Below, in pieces: positions 45,095-55,021 of a DNA stretch of 64,000 nt. This DNA comes from an uncultured Chloroflexia bacterium (GTDB taxonomy: Bacteria; Chloroflexota; Anaerolineae; CG2-30-64-16). Under the pieces are notes generated by a model, which saw only the letters and a list, made by a program, of their open reading frames with translations, was not told where the DNA came from and made no database searches. The stretch spans positions 640,001 through 704,000 of the forward strand of contig CAVZDU010000002.1 of the NCBI GenBank assembly GCA_963774265.1, read 5' to 3'. The position numbers were made by a program, and so were the translations under genes. Position 1 is the first letter of the stretch; the number at the start of each line of letters is the position of its first letter.

Positions 45095-45535
45095 TTAGAC
45101 CGGATCACTCCGGCATGCGTAGACTCGTGCGCGCATCCGCAGCCGCGCGCCGTCAATCAGCCCCTCCAGGATACAGAACGTCGCGTTGAGCCAACGATAT
45201 GATTCCGCCTCCGCCTCAAAGATAACACTGAGCAGTTGTTTGCCTTGCTCCTGCTCAAAGACTGTCCGACCCTGGAGCGTAAACATGATGATAGCGTTAT
45301 CTTGCGTCACAATGACCCCATGTGCATCAGGTAACATGGTGCCATCACTCCGACGATGCGGGTGGTTCACCCACCGTACCGAGCCCTGTATCTGAGGACC
45401 GGTCACGATCCCATCGCCTTCTCCATATCCGGTGCCTTCCTCGCCACCGTAGGGACGTACAAGCAGAAATTTGTTGGCATAGAGCGGCTCCTCGCGGTAG
45501 ATCAACTCCATATCGCACACGTACTCAAGTTGCAT
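45095..45535 (-). CDS. DUF3237-like protein
   Basis: G.V.GP.I.G.V, RSDG..PD, Y.WLN. Confidence 0.6.
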   Translation of the reverse strand: MQLEYVCDMELIYREEPLYANKFLLVRPYGGEEGTGYGEGDGIVTGPQIQGSVRWVNHPHRRSDGTMLPDAHGVIVTQDNAIIMFTLQGRTVFEQEQGKQLLSVIFEAEAESYRWLNATFCILEGLIDGARLRMRARVYACRSDPV

Positions 45536-46061
45536 CGCTGCACCTCCACATGGCATTGAAACGCGCGACCTATGGGGTAAGAATGTGATCCCGCCACATA
45601 TCCTGCACCGGTCGACGATTGACTCGAATTCGCGGGTAACGCGCAAATGCCAGAGTCGCCCTAAGCCAACACTGCGGAAGCCCGGAAGCTCCTTGATAGG
45701 ATGCACGACAAGTTGCGCACGGTATGTCCTAAACCAGGTGGCCGACTGGTTGGACGACGAGAGCCCAAGGCTACGAGGGCATTATCGCGCACAATTCGGT
45801 GCTTGTGAAGGGGTGCGCTAAATCCGGTCGTTCTCCCCGGGCGGCTGATGGTTCGGGTTCTCCGGCGGCGGATCGTAGATGACGATCTTCGAGCCGGCGT
45901 GGCCGTGCGCGTCGGCGAACCTCGCGGTCCAGCCATAGCCGTCGCGAATCACCTCGACCACGGTCCATCGGGGCGGCAGCTTTGCGGTGACGGCTTCCAG
46001 CCGGGCGCGGATGGTGGCCGTGCACCGGAAGCACTTCCCTACGTTTCGCCGGCTCTTCGAA

Positions 46062-46646
46062 TCAATAGCTGGCGCGCGCTACGATCAGGTTTGCGTCTTC
46101 TTTGCGGCACCACTGGAACACATCGCTGATCGTGTCCGCGGTTCGGATGATGAGCATGGCGCAGACCTGTGCGGGGCCGGGCTTGAATAAGGCCTGGTCA
46201 TAGGCCCAGGTCGCAGCGGCAAATTGCTCGGCCCGCCCTGAGCAACGACCCTGCGTCCTACCCTTCGCCAACGCACCGGTCGAGCTCTGGGTTACATTGG
46301 TCTGGACCTCGTAATCGTCGCCCTTCGTGCAGGCCAGGTGGCCGGTCGCGACGATCTTGCGTCCGTTCTCGCTAAGAACCAGGGGGGTGTTAAGGCCTGG
46401 GTCGGATATGACGCGCCGGGCGCTAATGGTTGTCAGGCGGTTTGAGACCAACTGGAGTTCGCCGTTCCGAGCGGTAGAGTACCGGTCTTGTTGCGGGTCT
46501 GCCGCTGGTCCTGCGTGACCAATCTCATTGAGTTGCAGGCCGGGAATGGAAGCGCCGGACGCACTCCAGACTGTCAGGCCCAGCAGCGCGAGCGCCACGA
46601 GCGCCAGCGCCGCCGCGGTCCCCACACGAAAGATGTGAATTCGCAT
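46062..46646 (-). CDS. Secreted hypothetical protein
   Basis: Signal peptide, strong RBS. Confidence 0.65.
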   Translation of the reverse strand: MRIHIFRVGTAAALALVALALLGLTVWSASGASIPGLQLNEIGHAGPAADPQQDRYSTARNGELQLVSNRLTTISARRVISDPGLNTPLVLSENGRKIVATGHLACTKGDDYEVQTNVTQSSTGALAKGRTQGRCSGRAEQFAAATWAYDQALFKPGPAQVCAMLIIRTADTISDVFQWCRKEDANLIVARASY

Positions 46647-47005
46647 CTTACCTCTCCTCCAGGTAGTACAATTGAGCGGCTGGCGCGCTCAGATCCATCA
46701 TAGTAGAAGCAAGTTAAGTCCACGCTCTCAGCAAGGTGCAGTAGCCCAGAACCCCAATCCTATCCGGGTGCGGTCTGCCTGCGACAGGTGTAAGGGGGAG
46801 GCGTTACAGGCGGCGGACGCAACGTATTCCTGGTTGTCCTCGAAGACGGCCGGATCGATGGGCATCGCGAAGGTGGGCAATGCGCTCATTGCCGCCATCG
46901 ATTTCGATCATAGAGGAAAATCGGCTCCAGTGGACTCGACAAGAAGTTGTGCAAGAAGTGATACAGACGCCGGGATCTGAGGTCCGGACCTTCAGGCTGA
47001 CCCTA

Positions 47006-47054
47006 TTGACAGGCAGGATAGGATATGCTAAAATATAAATCGAACGTTCGATTT
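47006..47054 (+). promoter_or_regulatory. Promoter plus palindromic TetR-type operator
   Basis: TTGACA-17-TAAAAT followed by AAATCGAACGTTCGATTT (47037-47054). Confidence 0.8.
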
Positions 47055-47070
47055 GTTTACGAGGAATACC

Positions 47071-47685
47071 ATGCCAAAAGTCAGTGAGGAGTATTCGCTA
47101 GGTCGTCGGCAGCAGATCATCGATGCAGCCTACCGGTGCATTGCGCGGAAGGGCTTCGGCCAGACGACGATGCGCGATATCTACGAAGAGGCGGGGCTCA
47201 GCCCTGGGGCCGTATACCATTACTTCGAAAGCAAGCACGACATCATTGCTGCCAGTTTCAGCTTCGATTACGAGCGCAGCCTCAGCCTGTTCGCGGCTGC
47301 CGAGCAAAGCGACGATCCGCTGACAGCACTGAACGAGTTGCTGAGCTTCCTCTTTCACGGCCTGCAGGAAGCGGCCGCGATCGGCGCGAGCCGGGTGAAC
47401 GTTCAGGGCTGGGGTGAGGCGCTCATCAATCCTGCACTGCACGAGACGGTCAAGAAGGTGCTGGGCATCTACCGGGACATCACGGCCCGAATCGTTCGGA
47501 AGGCGCAGGCAAACGGTCAACTAGATCGCGCGGTGGACCCTGCCGCACTCAGCAGCAGCTTGATATCCCTCTACTACGGTCTGGAACTGCAGCTGGCCCT
47601 GGATCCGGGGATGGACGTGGACCGGTACGCCCACGCGGTCGGGGCCCTGCTCCGGCCGGTGGCAGACCCTGCCCGGAGTGGATGA
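47071..47685 (+). CDS. TetR/AcrR regulator
   Basis: IIDAA..GF..TTMRDI..AGLSPGAVYHYF.SK. Confidence 0.93.
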   Translation: MPKVSEEYSLGRRQQIIDAAYRCIARKGFGQTTMRDIYEEAGLSPGAVYHYFESKHDIIAASFSFDYERSLSLFAAAEQSDDPLTALNELLSFLFHGLQEAAAIGASRVNVQGWGEALINPALHETVKKVLGIYRDITARIVRKAQANGQLDRAVDPAALSSSLISLYYGLELQLALDPGMDVDRYAHAVGALLRPVADPARSG

Positions 47686-47749
47686 AAGAACGAACACCCA
47701 GTGTTAGCTGCCAGCACACGGGACCCATGAATGTACAGGAGTCTGAGAG

Positions 47750-48244
47750 ATGGAAATTCCTATGGAGTCAATGGTTCAAGCTCGGGGGATACCTGATCGG
47801 GCCGCGTTGGTCGCGGGGCTGGAGGCCACGCGTAAGGCGTTTCACCGGCTGCTCGATAGCGCGTCTGGCGACCATTGGCGCGCCCGGAGCACTTCCAGCG
47901 CGTGGACGGTTGGAGAGGTTCTGGTGCACCTGACGTGGGCGCTTGAGCAACTGCCCCAAGAAGTGGCCATGGCCCGGCAGGGCAAAGGCATGTTCAACAT
48001 GCCGAAATGGATCGCGGATCCGGGCAGCTACTGGCTGATCCGCTGGCAGGCGCGCAAGAGCAGCCCCGAATCGGTTCGCCGGCGATATGATGCTGCGATG
48101 GACGCGGCGATCGCCGCGCTCGACTTGGTGCCAGACAGCGATTGGGGCAAGGGTGCTCCCTTCTACGGTCATGGCTTTCACACCGTCGCTCGGCTGTTTG
48201 AGGGCCCTGCGGAGCACCTCGCCGAGCACACGGGGCAGCGCTAG
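47750..48244 (+). CDS. DinB-family protein
   Basis: WTVGEVLVHL, H..EH. Confidence 0.8.
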   Translation: MEIPMESMVQARGIPDRAALVAGLEATRKAFHRLLDSASGDHWRARSTSSAWTVGEVLVHLTWALEQLPQEVAMARQGKGMFNMPKWIADPGSYWLIRWQARKSSPESVRRRYDAAMDAAIAALDLVPDSDWGKGAPFYGHGFHTVARLFEGPAEHLAEHTGQR

Positions 48245-48286
48245 CCGAACATCAGGGCGCGTGTCATGTCGAGAGGATGAGGTGGC

Positions 48287-49285
48287 GTGATGGCGGAAAA
48301 GGTATTCATCAGTACCACGGGCAGCGGTTTGGCGCGGGCGGAGTGCTCCGCCAGGGGCAGATGGGAGGTCGGAACAATGCTACCCGGGGTAGAGGTAGCC
48401 TCCCTCGCGGCTGATCCGCTGGACGAAGCAAGAGTCTATGCTGGAGCCCGGGGCCAAGGCATCCTTCGCTCCGATGATAGGGGGCGAACGTGGCAAGTTG
48501 TGGGCCGGCCACCCCGGGAGGTGATGGCCATTGCTGCAAGTCCCACGGAGAGGGATGTGGTGTATGCAGGGACCAAGCCCGCTCATCTCTTTGTTTCCAG
48601 GGACGCCGGTGCAAGCTGGGATGAACTGCAATCATTCCGTCGCATTCCCGGCCATTGGTTCTGGTTCTCTCCCGCAGAGAAACCCTTCACTGCATACGTC
48701 CAGGCCATTGCTTTATCGCCCACCGATTCGCGCCGCCTTGTCGTCGGTATCGAGGCGGGCGCGACGGTGATGAGCGCGGACGGCGGGAAGACGTGGACGG
48801 GCCACCGGCCGGGCGCCTTGCGCGACTGCCACACCCTCGCGTTTCACCCGACGGATGGCAACTGGGTCTACGAGGGGGGCGGGACCGGCGGCGGTGTTGC
48901 TTTCAGCCGAGACGGTGGGATCAAGTGGGTGCAGCCGGGAAAGGGTATGGATCGTCACTACGGCTGGGCCGTAACAGGAGATCGTGGCGATCCGGCGACC
49001 TGTTACGTTTCGGTCTCGCCCGGTCCCATGAAGGCACACGGCTACACGAACGCAGAAGCCTGCATTTACCGCTACGATGGCCACGACTGGCGCCGGCTCG
49101 CAGGCGGACTGCCCCAGCCGTTGACGTCTATGCCGTACGCGCTCGTCCCTGATAGGACCGAGCCCGGCGCCTTGCTGGCCGGGCTCGGCAACGGCGAGCT
49201 CTGGCAGAGCTTCGATCGTGGCGAGAGCTGGGTGCAACTGCCCGTGCAGCTACCGGGAATCCGGCGAAGCCTTGTGACTCTGTAG
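48287..49285 (+). CDS. BNR/Asp-box repeat beta-propeller protein
   Basis: Repeated S.DGG.TW motifs. Confidence 0.85.
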   Translation: MMAEKVFISTTGSGLARAECSARGRWEVGTMLPGVEVASLAADPLDEARVYAGARGQGILRSDDRGRTWQVVGRPPREVMAIAASPTERDVVYAGTKPAHLFVSRDAGASWDELQSFRRIPGHWFWFSPAEKPFTAYVQAIALSPTDSRRLVVGIEAGATVMSADGGKTWTGHRPGALRDCHTLAFHPTDGNWVYEGGGTGGGVAFSRDGGIKWVQPGKGMDRHYGWAVTGDRGDPATCYVSVSPGPMKAHGYTNAEACIYRYDGHDWRRLAGGLPQPLTSMPYALVPDRTEPGALLAGLGNGELWQSFDRGESWVQLPVQLPGIRRSLVTL

Positions 49286-49333
49286 GATTTCGTAGCAGAC
49301 ACTCCGCCTAAGTGCAAGGTCGCCCACGCCAAC

Positions 49334-52300
49334 TGTCACTGCTCAGCGATAATGTCCGGGTTAACTGCTCAGGGAAAATGTCCGCATACTTAAACGATGA
49401 GGACAATTACCTTGAACCCAGAACAACAGCGTAAGACGGAGATACTGACCCGCTTGGCGGCTGAGGCCCTGGACGTGGCGACAGCGGCTGAACTGCTTGG
49501 GGTTAGCACGCGGCAAGTCCGGCGTTTGCGGGTGCGTTTCCGCCAAGAGGGTATGGCGGTCGTCGTGCATGGTAGTCATGACCGGACGCCGGCCAATTGC
49601 ACCCCACCAGAAGTGGTGGCCCAGATTCTGGCCCGGGCGGGGCCGGGCGGCAAGTACCACGACCTGAACGTGTGCCACATGCAGGAGCTGCTGGCGCACG
49701 TCGAGCAGATCGTCATCGGCCGTTCGACGCTGGACCGCCTGCTGCGTCAGGCGGGCTTGCGCCCGTCGGTGGCCGTGGCTTCGGTGGTGCATCGTCGCCG
49801 CCGGGTCCGGCGGGCGGCCGAAGGCATGCTGCTGCAAATCGACGGCAGTCCGTTCGCTTGGCTGGAACAACGTGGCCCGAAGGCCAGCTTGATCGGAGCC
49901 ATTGACGATGCGACGGGGCAGGTACTCTTTCTGCTGTTTCGGCCAACGGAGGATCAAGTGGGCTATCTGCTCCTGCTGCGGACCATCGCCGAGACCTACG
50001 GCCTCCCCATGAGCATCTACCACGACCGCCACACGATCCTGCGCTCACCGAAACAGCCGACGCTCGACGATGAGTTGGCTGGCCAGCCACCCATGAGCCA
50101 GGTGCAACGCATGATGGCCGAATTGGGTATCGAGTCGATCACGGCCCACTCGCCGCAAGCCAAGGGCCGCATTGAGCGTTTGTGGGCCACGCTGCAAGAT
50201 CGTCTGACCAAGGAACTGCGCCTGGCGGGCATGACCACCTTGCAGGACGCCAATGCCTTTCTGCCCAGCTTCATGACGCGCTACAATGCCCGCTTCGCCA
50301 GACCAGCACACGATCCCGACAGCGCTTGGGTGCCACTGCCGGCCATCTTCGATCACGCCTATTACTTCGCCGTGCGCGAAACCCGCAAAGTGCGGGCCGA
50401 CCACTGCATTCGCTTTGCCGGTCAGTGGCTGCAACTCCTGCCCGCGCCGCCGCAGCCCAGCCTCGTTAGCCAGACGGTGACGGTGCATGTGGTGCCTGAA
50501 GGCGACATCTATGTCTACTACGGCCGCCAGCGGCTCACTTATCAGCCGCTCCTGGCCGCACCCGCCACCCGGCCGGCCCCAACCCCGGAGCCAGCCTGGT
50601 CCAAGCTGCCGGTTGAACCGCACGCCAAGGCGAAACAGCGGGCGTGGCTGTATGGCCAGCGCTAGCAGGGTGATTTCATAGTGCGGGTGCGCCGAATAAA
50701 TGCAGGGCGCGTTGCGGATGGGCTGCGTAGCAACGGGTGGCGGCTGCGAGATTGCTCCAGCCGTGAAAGCGCAATGTGGACACGACGGCGTTACGGATGG
50801 CAGCCAGGGCTTGGGCTGCGGCGCCGGAATGCACTTGACAGCGGTCTTCACCGAACGTTTCGTCGCGCACATAATGTAAGCGATTCTCGATGGTCCAGTG
50901 GCCCCGCCAAATCTGCTCCAACTGAGGCGGGCCCGCCAAAGTGGCCGGCAAACTGGTCAACCCATAAGTGACCTCGGTTTCGTATTTGCCGGTGCGCTCG
51001 TGAATGCGCCGGCACGTGCGCCGCAGCACTTGTGCCACGCCAGGCCACGTGAGGTATTCATTCAGGGCCGTGGTCGTGACCAGTGTCCGCCGTTCCCAGC
51101 GCCCATGCGCCTTGTCGGTCGTCCGGTTGGACGCACGCTCACCCGGCTGGCGTGGTAGTGGTGGTTCGTCGAAGACCAACTGGGCGGCCCAGTAGAGCGT
51201 CGGCTGATTCTTCTTGAGGATCATCAGGTAGTGGCCCCCCTGATCCAGGATTTGTTGGGCGAGGTGGCGCTGCGTCAGCAGGGCATCCATCGTGGTGATG
51301 GTGCCGGTCAGATCGCGACCGGCCAACAAGATCGGAACGGCCGTGATCTCATTGGTTTTGACATCCACGGCCGCTTGGCCCAGGACATAGGCGCTCTCAT
51401 GGCGCACGAGACTGACCAGAAAGGTATGCTGCCCGTGGGCGCTGGCCCCGCGCACATCCTTGCCGTCGACCGCCTGGGCGCGCAGCACCTGACCTTGGCG
51501 GAGCCGAATGGCGCCGCAGGAGACATCCGCCTGATCGAGCGCCTGATGGTACGCCGCCACTTGCTGCTCCAGGGTGCGCATGTCGATGTAGGCCACCAAC
51601 CGCCGCCAGGTCGCCGCACTGGGAATGCGGGGACAGGCCGGCTGCAGGGTGGTCAGCAGCTCGCTGCGATGGTCGTGCGCCCAACAAACCATCGCCAGCA
51701 CGCTCGTTTGGCCGGCGGCCACTGCCGCCGCCAGCAACGCCAACAGATACGCCCAGGCAAAGCGGCGGCCGCGGGTACCGCGAAAGTCCGGAACTTGGCT
51801 CAGGTAGGCCAGCAAGGTAGACTGCAGTGGATCCATCGGGACGAACCTCCTTGTGATTGCTGTCACTGAGATTCTAACCGATGGATCCTTGCCTGGCCCA
51901 CGTGTGGATGCCGAATTGCCACAAGCGCTGCTACCTGCCGCCTCGGCCGCAACATGACTTCGCCCTGCAGCGCTAGTTGCCAGCCTGTACGGGTGGCCCC
52001 ACCTGTGCTAAACTGGCCCAACCTGCGCGGAGGATAGGAGCAACGCTGGGGAGCGCCTCCGAGCGCCGTCGCAGGCCCGGTGTAGGGGGGGCAGGGCGGG
52101 CGAACCAGATTCGTCCCACTCTGCCTCTTCGCCGTGCCGCCGGCTTCCGCCCCTACATCGGGCCAAAGCGCAAAACCCCGTGCTGCGTAGCCAGCAGTAG
52201 TCACTGTCTGAGCGGGCGCTTGGCCACCTGCTTTTGCCTCGGCAAGCGCTGCCCTAATCGCGCTCAGCACCTTAAGGACTTGCAGTCGGCTTGGACATTT

Positions 52301-52340
52301 TCGCTGAGCAATTAGCGGACATTATCGCTGAGCAGTAACA
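49334..52340 (+). mobile_element. IS1202-family (ISNCY) IS (transposase 49397-50665)
   Basis: QIDGS..W, IDDATG, YHDRH, SPQAKGRIER..T.QDRL; TGT..ACA ends with repeated CTGCTCAG..AATGTCC boxes; 16-bp TSD GGTCGCCCACGCCAAC (49318-49333, 52341-52356). Confidence 0.93.
50666..51967 (-). mobile_element. ISAs1-family IS nested in the IS1202 element (transposase 50676-51866)
   Basis: AVDGK, KTNEI, MDAL, HGRWE.R, HWTIEN.LHYVRD..F.ED; CAGGG(T/C)GA TIRs; 9-bp TSD CAGCGCTAG. Confidence 0.93.
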
Positions 52341-52442
52341 GGTCGCCCACGCCAACTCGTCGATCTTACGCCGCGCGCCTTCACCGCGCTCGTCCGACCG
52401 CTACCTGTCCGAACTCAGGTCCGGACTTCAGATTAGCCTTGA

Positions 52443-52471
52443 TTGACAGGCCATTTCAGCTCTGATATGAT
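52443..52471 (+). promoter_or_regulatory. Sigma70-type promoter of the ABC operon
   Basis: TTGACA-17-TATGAT. Confidence 0.65.
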
Positions 52472-52748
52472 AACGATGGTGTCAGCATGTAATCCTCTTT
52501 GAGTTCTGCCCCGAAACCATCGCAGGACTCGATCATTCGGATCACTTGATACGCGGAGCGCGGTTCTGGTGCCGAATTCAGATTGTACTATTAGCCTAGG
52601 AGCAACGGACATCTGCGCAGGAGTCAGGCCAGATCGTCCGTCTCGATGAAGAACTGCACGTTCCCGATTGTGGTGTCGCAATCATCAGTTCCAAGGCCAT
52701 CTAGCGTGTCTTGCTGTGGTTCTCAAAACTGTGATCAGGAGGTGTTGC

Positions 52749-54932
52749 ATGAAGAAAGTTCTCAGTCTGCTTTTCGTCGTGGTTATGATTGTCCTGGCTG
52801 GATGCGTCCCAACAAGCAACCAGCCCTCAGCCCCGATCGCCGCACCGGCCCAACCCACCGCTGCACCCGTTGTCGCACCGGCCGAACCCACCGCTGCACC
52901 CGCTGCCGCACCGGCAGAACCCACCGCTGCACCAACGGCCGTTTCGGCTGTTGAAGCGGCGGCTGACTGCAGCATGATGCCTGCTCCGACGCTTGCCGAG
53001 GGCATGCTCAAGCCGATGACCAAGACATTGCCCCTCACGATCGCATATGTTCCTAACGTGATGAATACACACTACGAGATGGTGTTGAGCGGCATCAAGG
53101 AACAGATAGAGCGTTACGGTGGCGAGAAGTTTGCCAAATTACTGCTGCAAGTTCCGACGAGCAACACAACCTCGATCCAGGAACAGTCCAACATCCTTGA
53201 GAACCTGGTCGAGCAGAAGGTTGATGCTATCTTCCTGGCGACCGAGAGCGAAGAGGCCGAGATGCCTTACATGAAGAAGGCCACGGAAGCCGGCATCCCA
53301 GTCTTTCTGTTCAATATGGCAGAACTGCGTCCCGATGATCCTTACTACGTCACGATGGTGGGTTATGATCAGAAGCACGCTGGTTATCTGATCGGTGAAT
53401 GGGCCGTGAAGCACTTTGGCGATAAGCCGACCAAGACTGCGATCCTGGAAGGTTTCCCGGGTGTGGTGAACTCGATGCGGTTGGATGGCTTCAAGTGTGC
53501 CATTGCTGGCCATGACAACTTCAATATCGCCGCTTCCCAGGTTGCCGACTGGACCCGCGCCAAGGGCCAGGAAGTCACCGAGAACCTCTTGACGGCGCAT
53601 CCGGACATCAACTTTCTGTTCGGCCTGTATGATGAGATGGCTCTCGGCGCCATCACTGCCATCAAGGAACGCGGCTTGATACAACAGATCGCCGTGGCCG
53701 GCTACGACAACACCAAAGATGCCAACGCCTCGATCAAGGCCGGTGAGATGATGGTAACCGTCGACACTGCCGCCAAGGAGATGGGGGTCAACCTGGTCAA
53801 GGCTCTTAACACCTTCATGGTGGACGGCAAATCGATCGACCGGATCACCAACTCTGAACTGGTTGTGTACGATCAAGCCAACATCGGCACCTTCAACGAG
53901 GAAAACTACATCTACGTTCCTCGCCAACCGGAAGCATCGGCTGTTGAAGCGTCGGCTGACTGTAGCATGATGCCTGCTCCGACGCTTGCCGAGGGCATGC
54001 TCAAGCCGATGACCAAGACATTGCCCCTCACGATCGCATATGTTCCTAACGTGATGAATACACACTACGAGATGGTGTTGAGCGGCATCAAGGAACAGAT
54101 AGAGCGTTACGGTGGCGAGAAGTTTGCCAAATTACTGCTGCAAGTTCCGACGAGCAACACAACCTCGATCCAGGAACAGTCCAACATCCTTGAGAACCTG
54201 GTCGAGCAGAAGGTCGATGCTATCTTCCTGGCGACCGAGAGCGAAGAGGCCGAGATGCCTTACATGAAGAAGGCCACGGAAGCCGGCATCCCGGTCTTTC
54301 TGTTCAATATGGCAGAACTGCGTCCCGATGATCCTTACTACGTCACGATGGTGGGTTATGATCAGAAGCACGCTGGTTATCTGATCGGTGAATGGGCCGT
54401 GAAGCACTTTGGCGATAAGCCGACCAAGACTGCGATCCTGGAAGGTTTCCCGGGTGTGGTGAACTCGATGCGGTTGGATGGCTTCAAGTGTGCCATTGCT
54501 GGCCATGACAACTTCAATATCGCCGCTTCCCAGGTTGCCGACTGGACCCGCGCCAAGGGCCAGGAAGTCACCGAGAACCTCTTGACGGCGCATCCGGACA
54601 TCAACTTTCTGTTCGGCCTGTATGATGAGATGGCTCTCGGCGCCATCACTGCCATCAAGGAACGCGGCTTGATGCAACAGATCGCCGTGGCCGGCTACGA
54701 CAACACCAAAGATGCCAACGCCTCGATCAAGGCCGGTGAGATGATGGTAACCGTCGACACTGCCGCCAAGGAGATGGGGGTCAACCTGGTCAAGGCTCTT
54801 AACACCTTCATGGTGGACGGCAAATCGATCGACCGGATCACCAACTCTGAACTGGTTGTGTACGATCAAGCCAACATCGGCACTTTCAATGAGGAAAACT
54901 ACATCTACGTTCCTCGCCAACCGGAGCAGTAA
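52749..54932 (+). CDS. Sugar ABC substrate-binding lipoprotein with two near-identical RbsB-like domains
   Basis: LAGC lipobox, PTAAP linker, VGYDQ..G, R..GF, DEMALGA, GYD; 993-bp period. Confidence 0.9.
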   Translation: MKKVLSLLFVVVMIVLAGCVPTSNQPSAPIAAPAQPTAAPVVAPAEPTAAPAAAPAEPTAAPTAVSAVEAAADCSMMPAPTLAEGMLKPMTKTLPLTIAYVPNVMNTHYEMVLSGIKEQIERYGGEKFAKLLLQVPTSNTTSIQEQSNILENLVEQKVDAIFLATESEEAEMPYMKKATEAGIPVFLFNMAELRPDDPYYVTMVGYDQKHAGYLIGEWAVKHFGDKPTKTAILEGFPGVVNSMRLDGFKCAIAGHDNFNIAASQVADWTRAKGQEVTENLLTAHPDINFLFGLYDEMALGAITAIKERGLIQQIAVAGYDNTKDANASIKAGEMMVTVDTAAKEMGVNLVKALNTFMVDGKSIDRITNSELVVYDQANIGTFNEENYIYVPRQPEASAVEASADCSMMPAPTLAEGMLKPMTKTLPLTIAYVPNVMNTHYEMVLSGIKEQIERYGGEKFAKLLLQVPTSNTTSIQEQSNILENLVEQKVDAIFLATESEEAEMPYMKKATEAGIPVFLFNMAELRPDDPYYVTMVGYDQKHAGYLIGEWAVKHFGDKPTKTAILEGFPGVVNSMRLDGFKCAIAGHDNFNIAASQVADWTRAKGQEVTENLLTAHPDINFLFGLYDEMALGAITAIKERGLMQQIAVAGYDNTKDANASIKAGEMMVTVDTAAKEMGVNLVKALNTFMVDGKSIDRITNSELVVYDQANIGTFNEENYIYVPRQPEQ

Positions 54933-54953
54933 CTACAATCCAGATGCCTGCGG

Positions 54954-54981
54954 TGACAGGGTAGGGAAACCTACCCTGTCA
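54954..54981 (+). terminator. Stem-loop after the binding-protein gene (mRNA stabiliser or partial terminator)
   Basis: TGACAGGGTAGG-gaaa-CCTACCCTGTCA, perfect 12-bp stem. Confidence 0.7.
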
Positions 54982-55021
54982 TTGTTGCACCTCCGTTTCC
55001 TGCCAACAAAGGTACAAAGCC

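Noticed and set aside
52095-52107. Partial complementarity of the IS tail (GGGCGAACC) to the target duplication
   Set aside because: Short, gapped and GC-rich; expected by chance
52845-52935. 30-bp tandem repeats
   Set aside because: Ordinary Pro/Ala/Thr lipoprotein linker, not CRISPR
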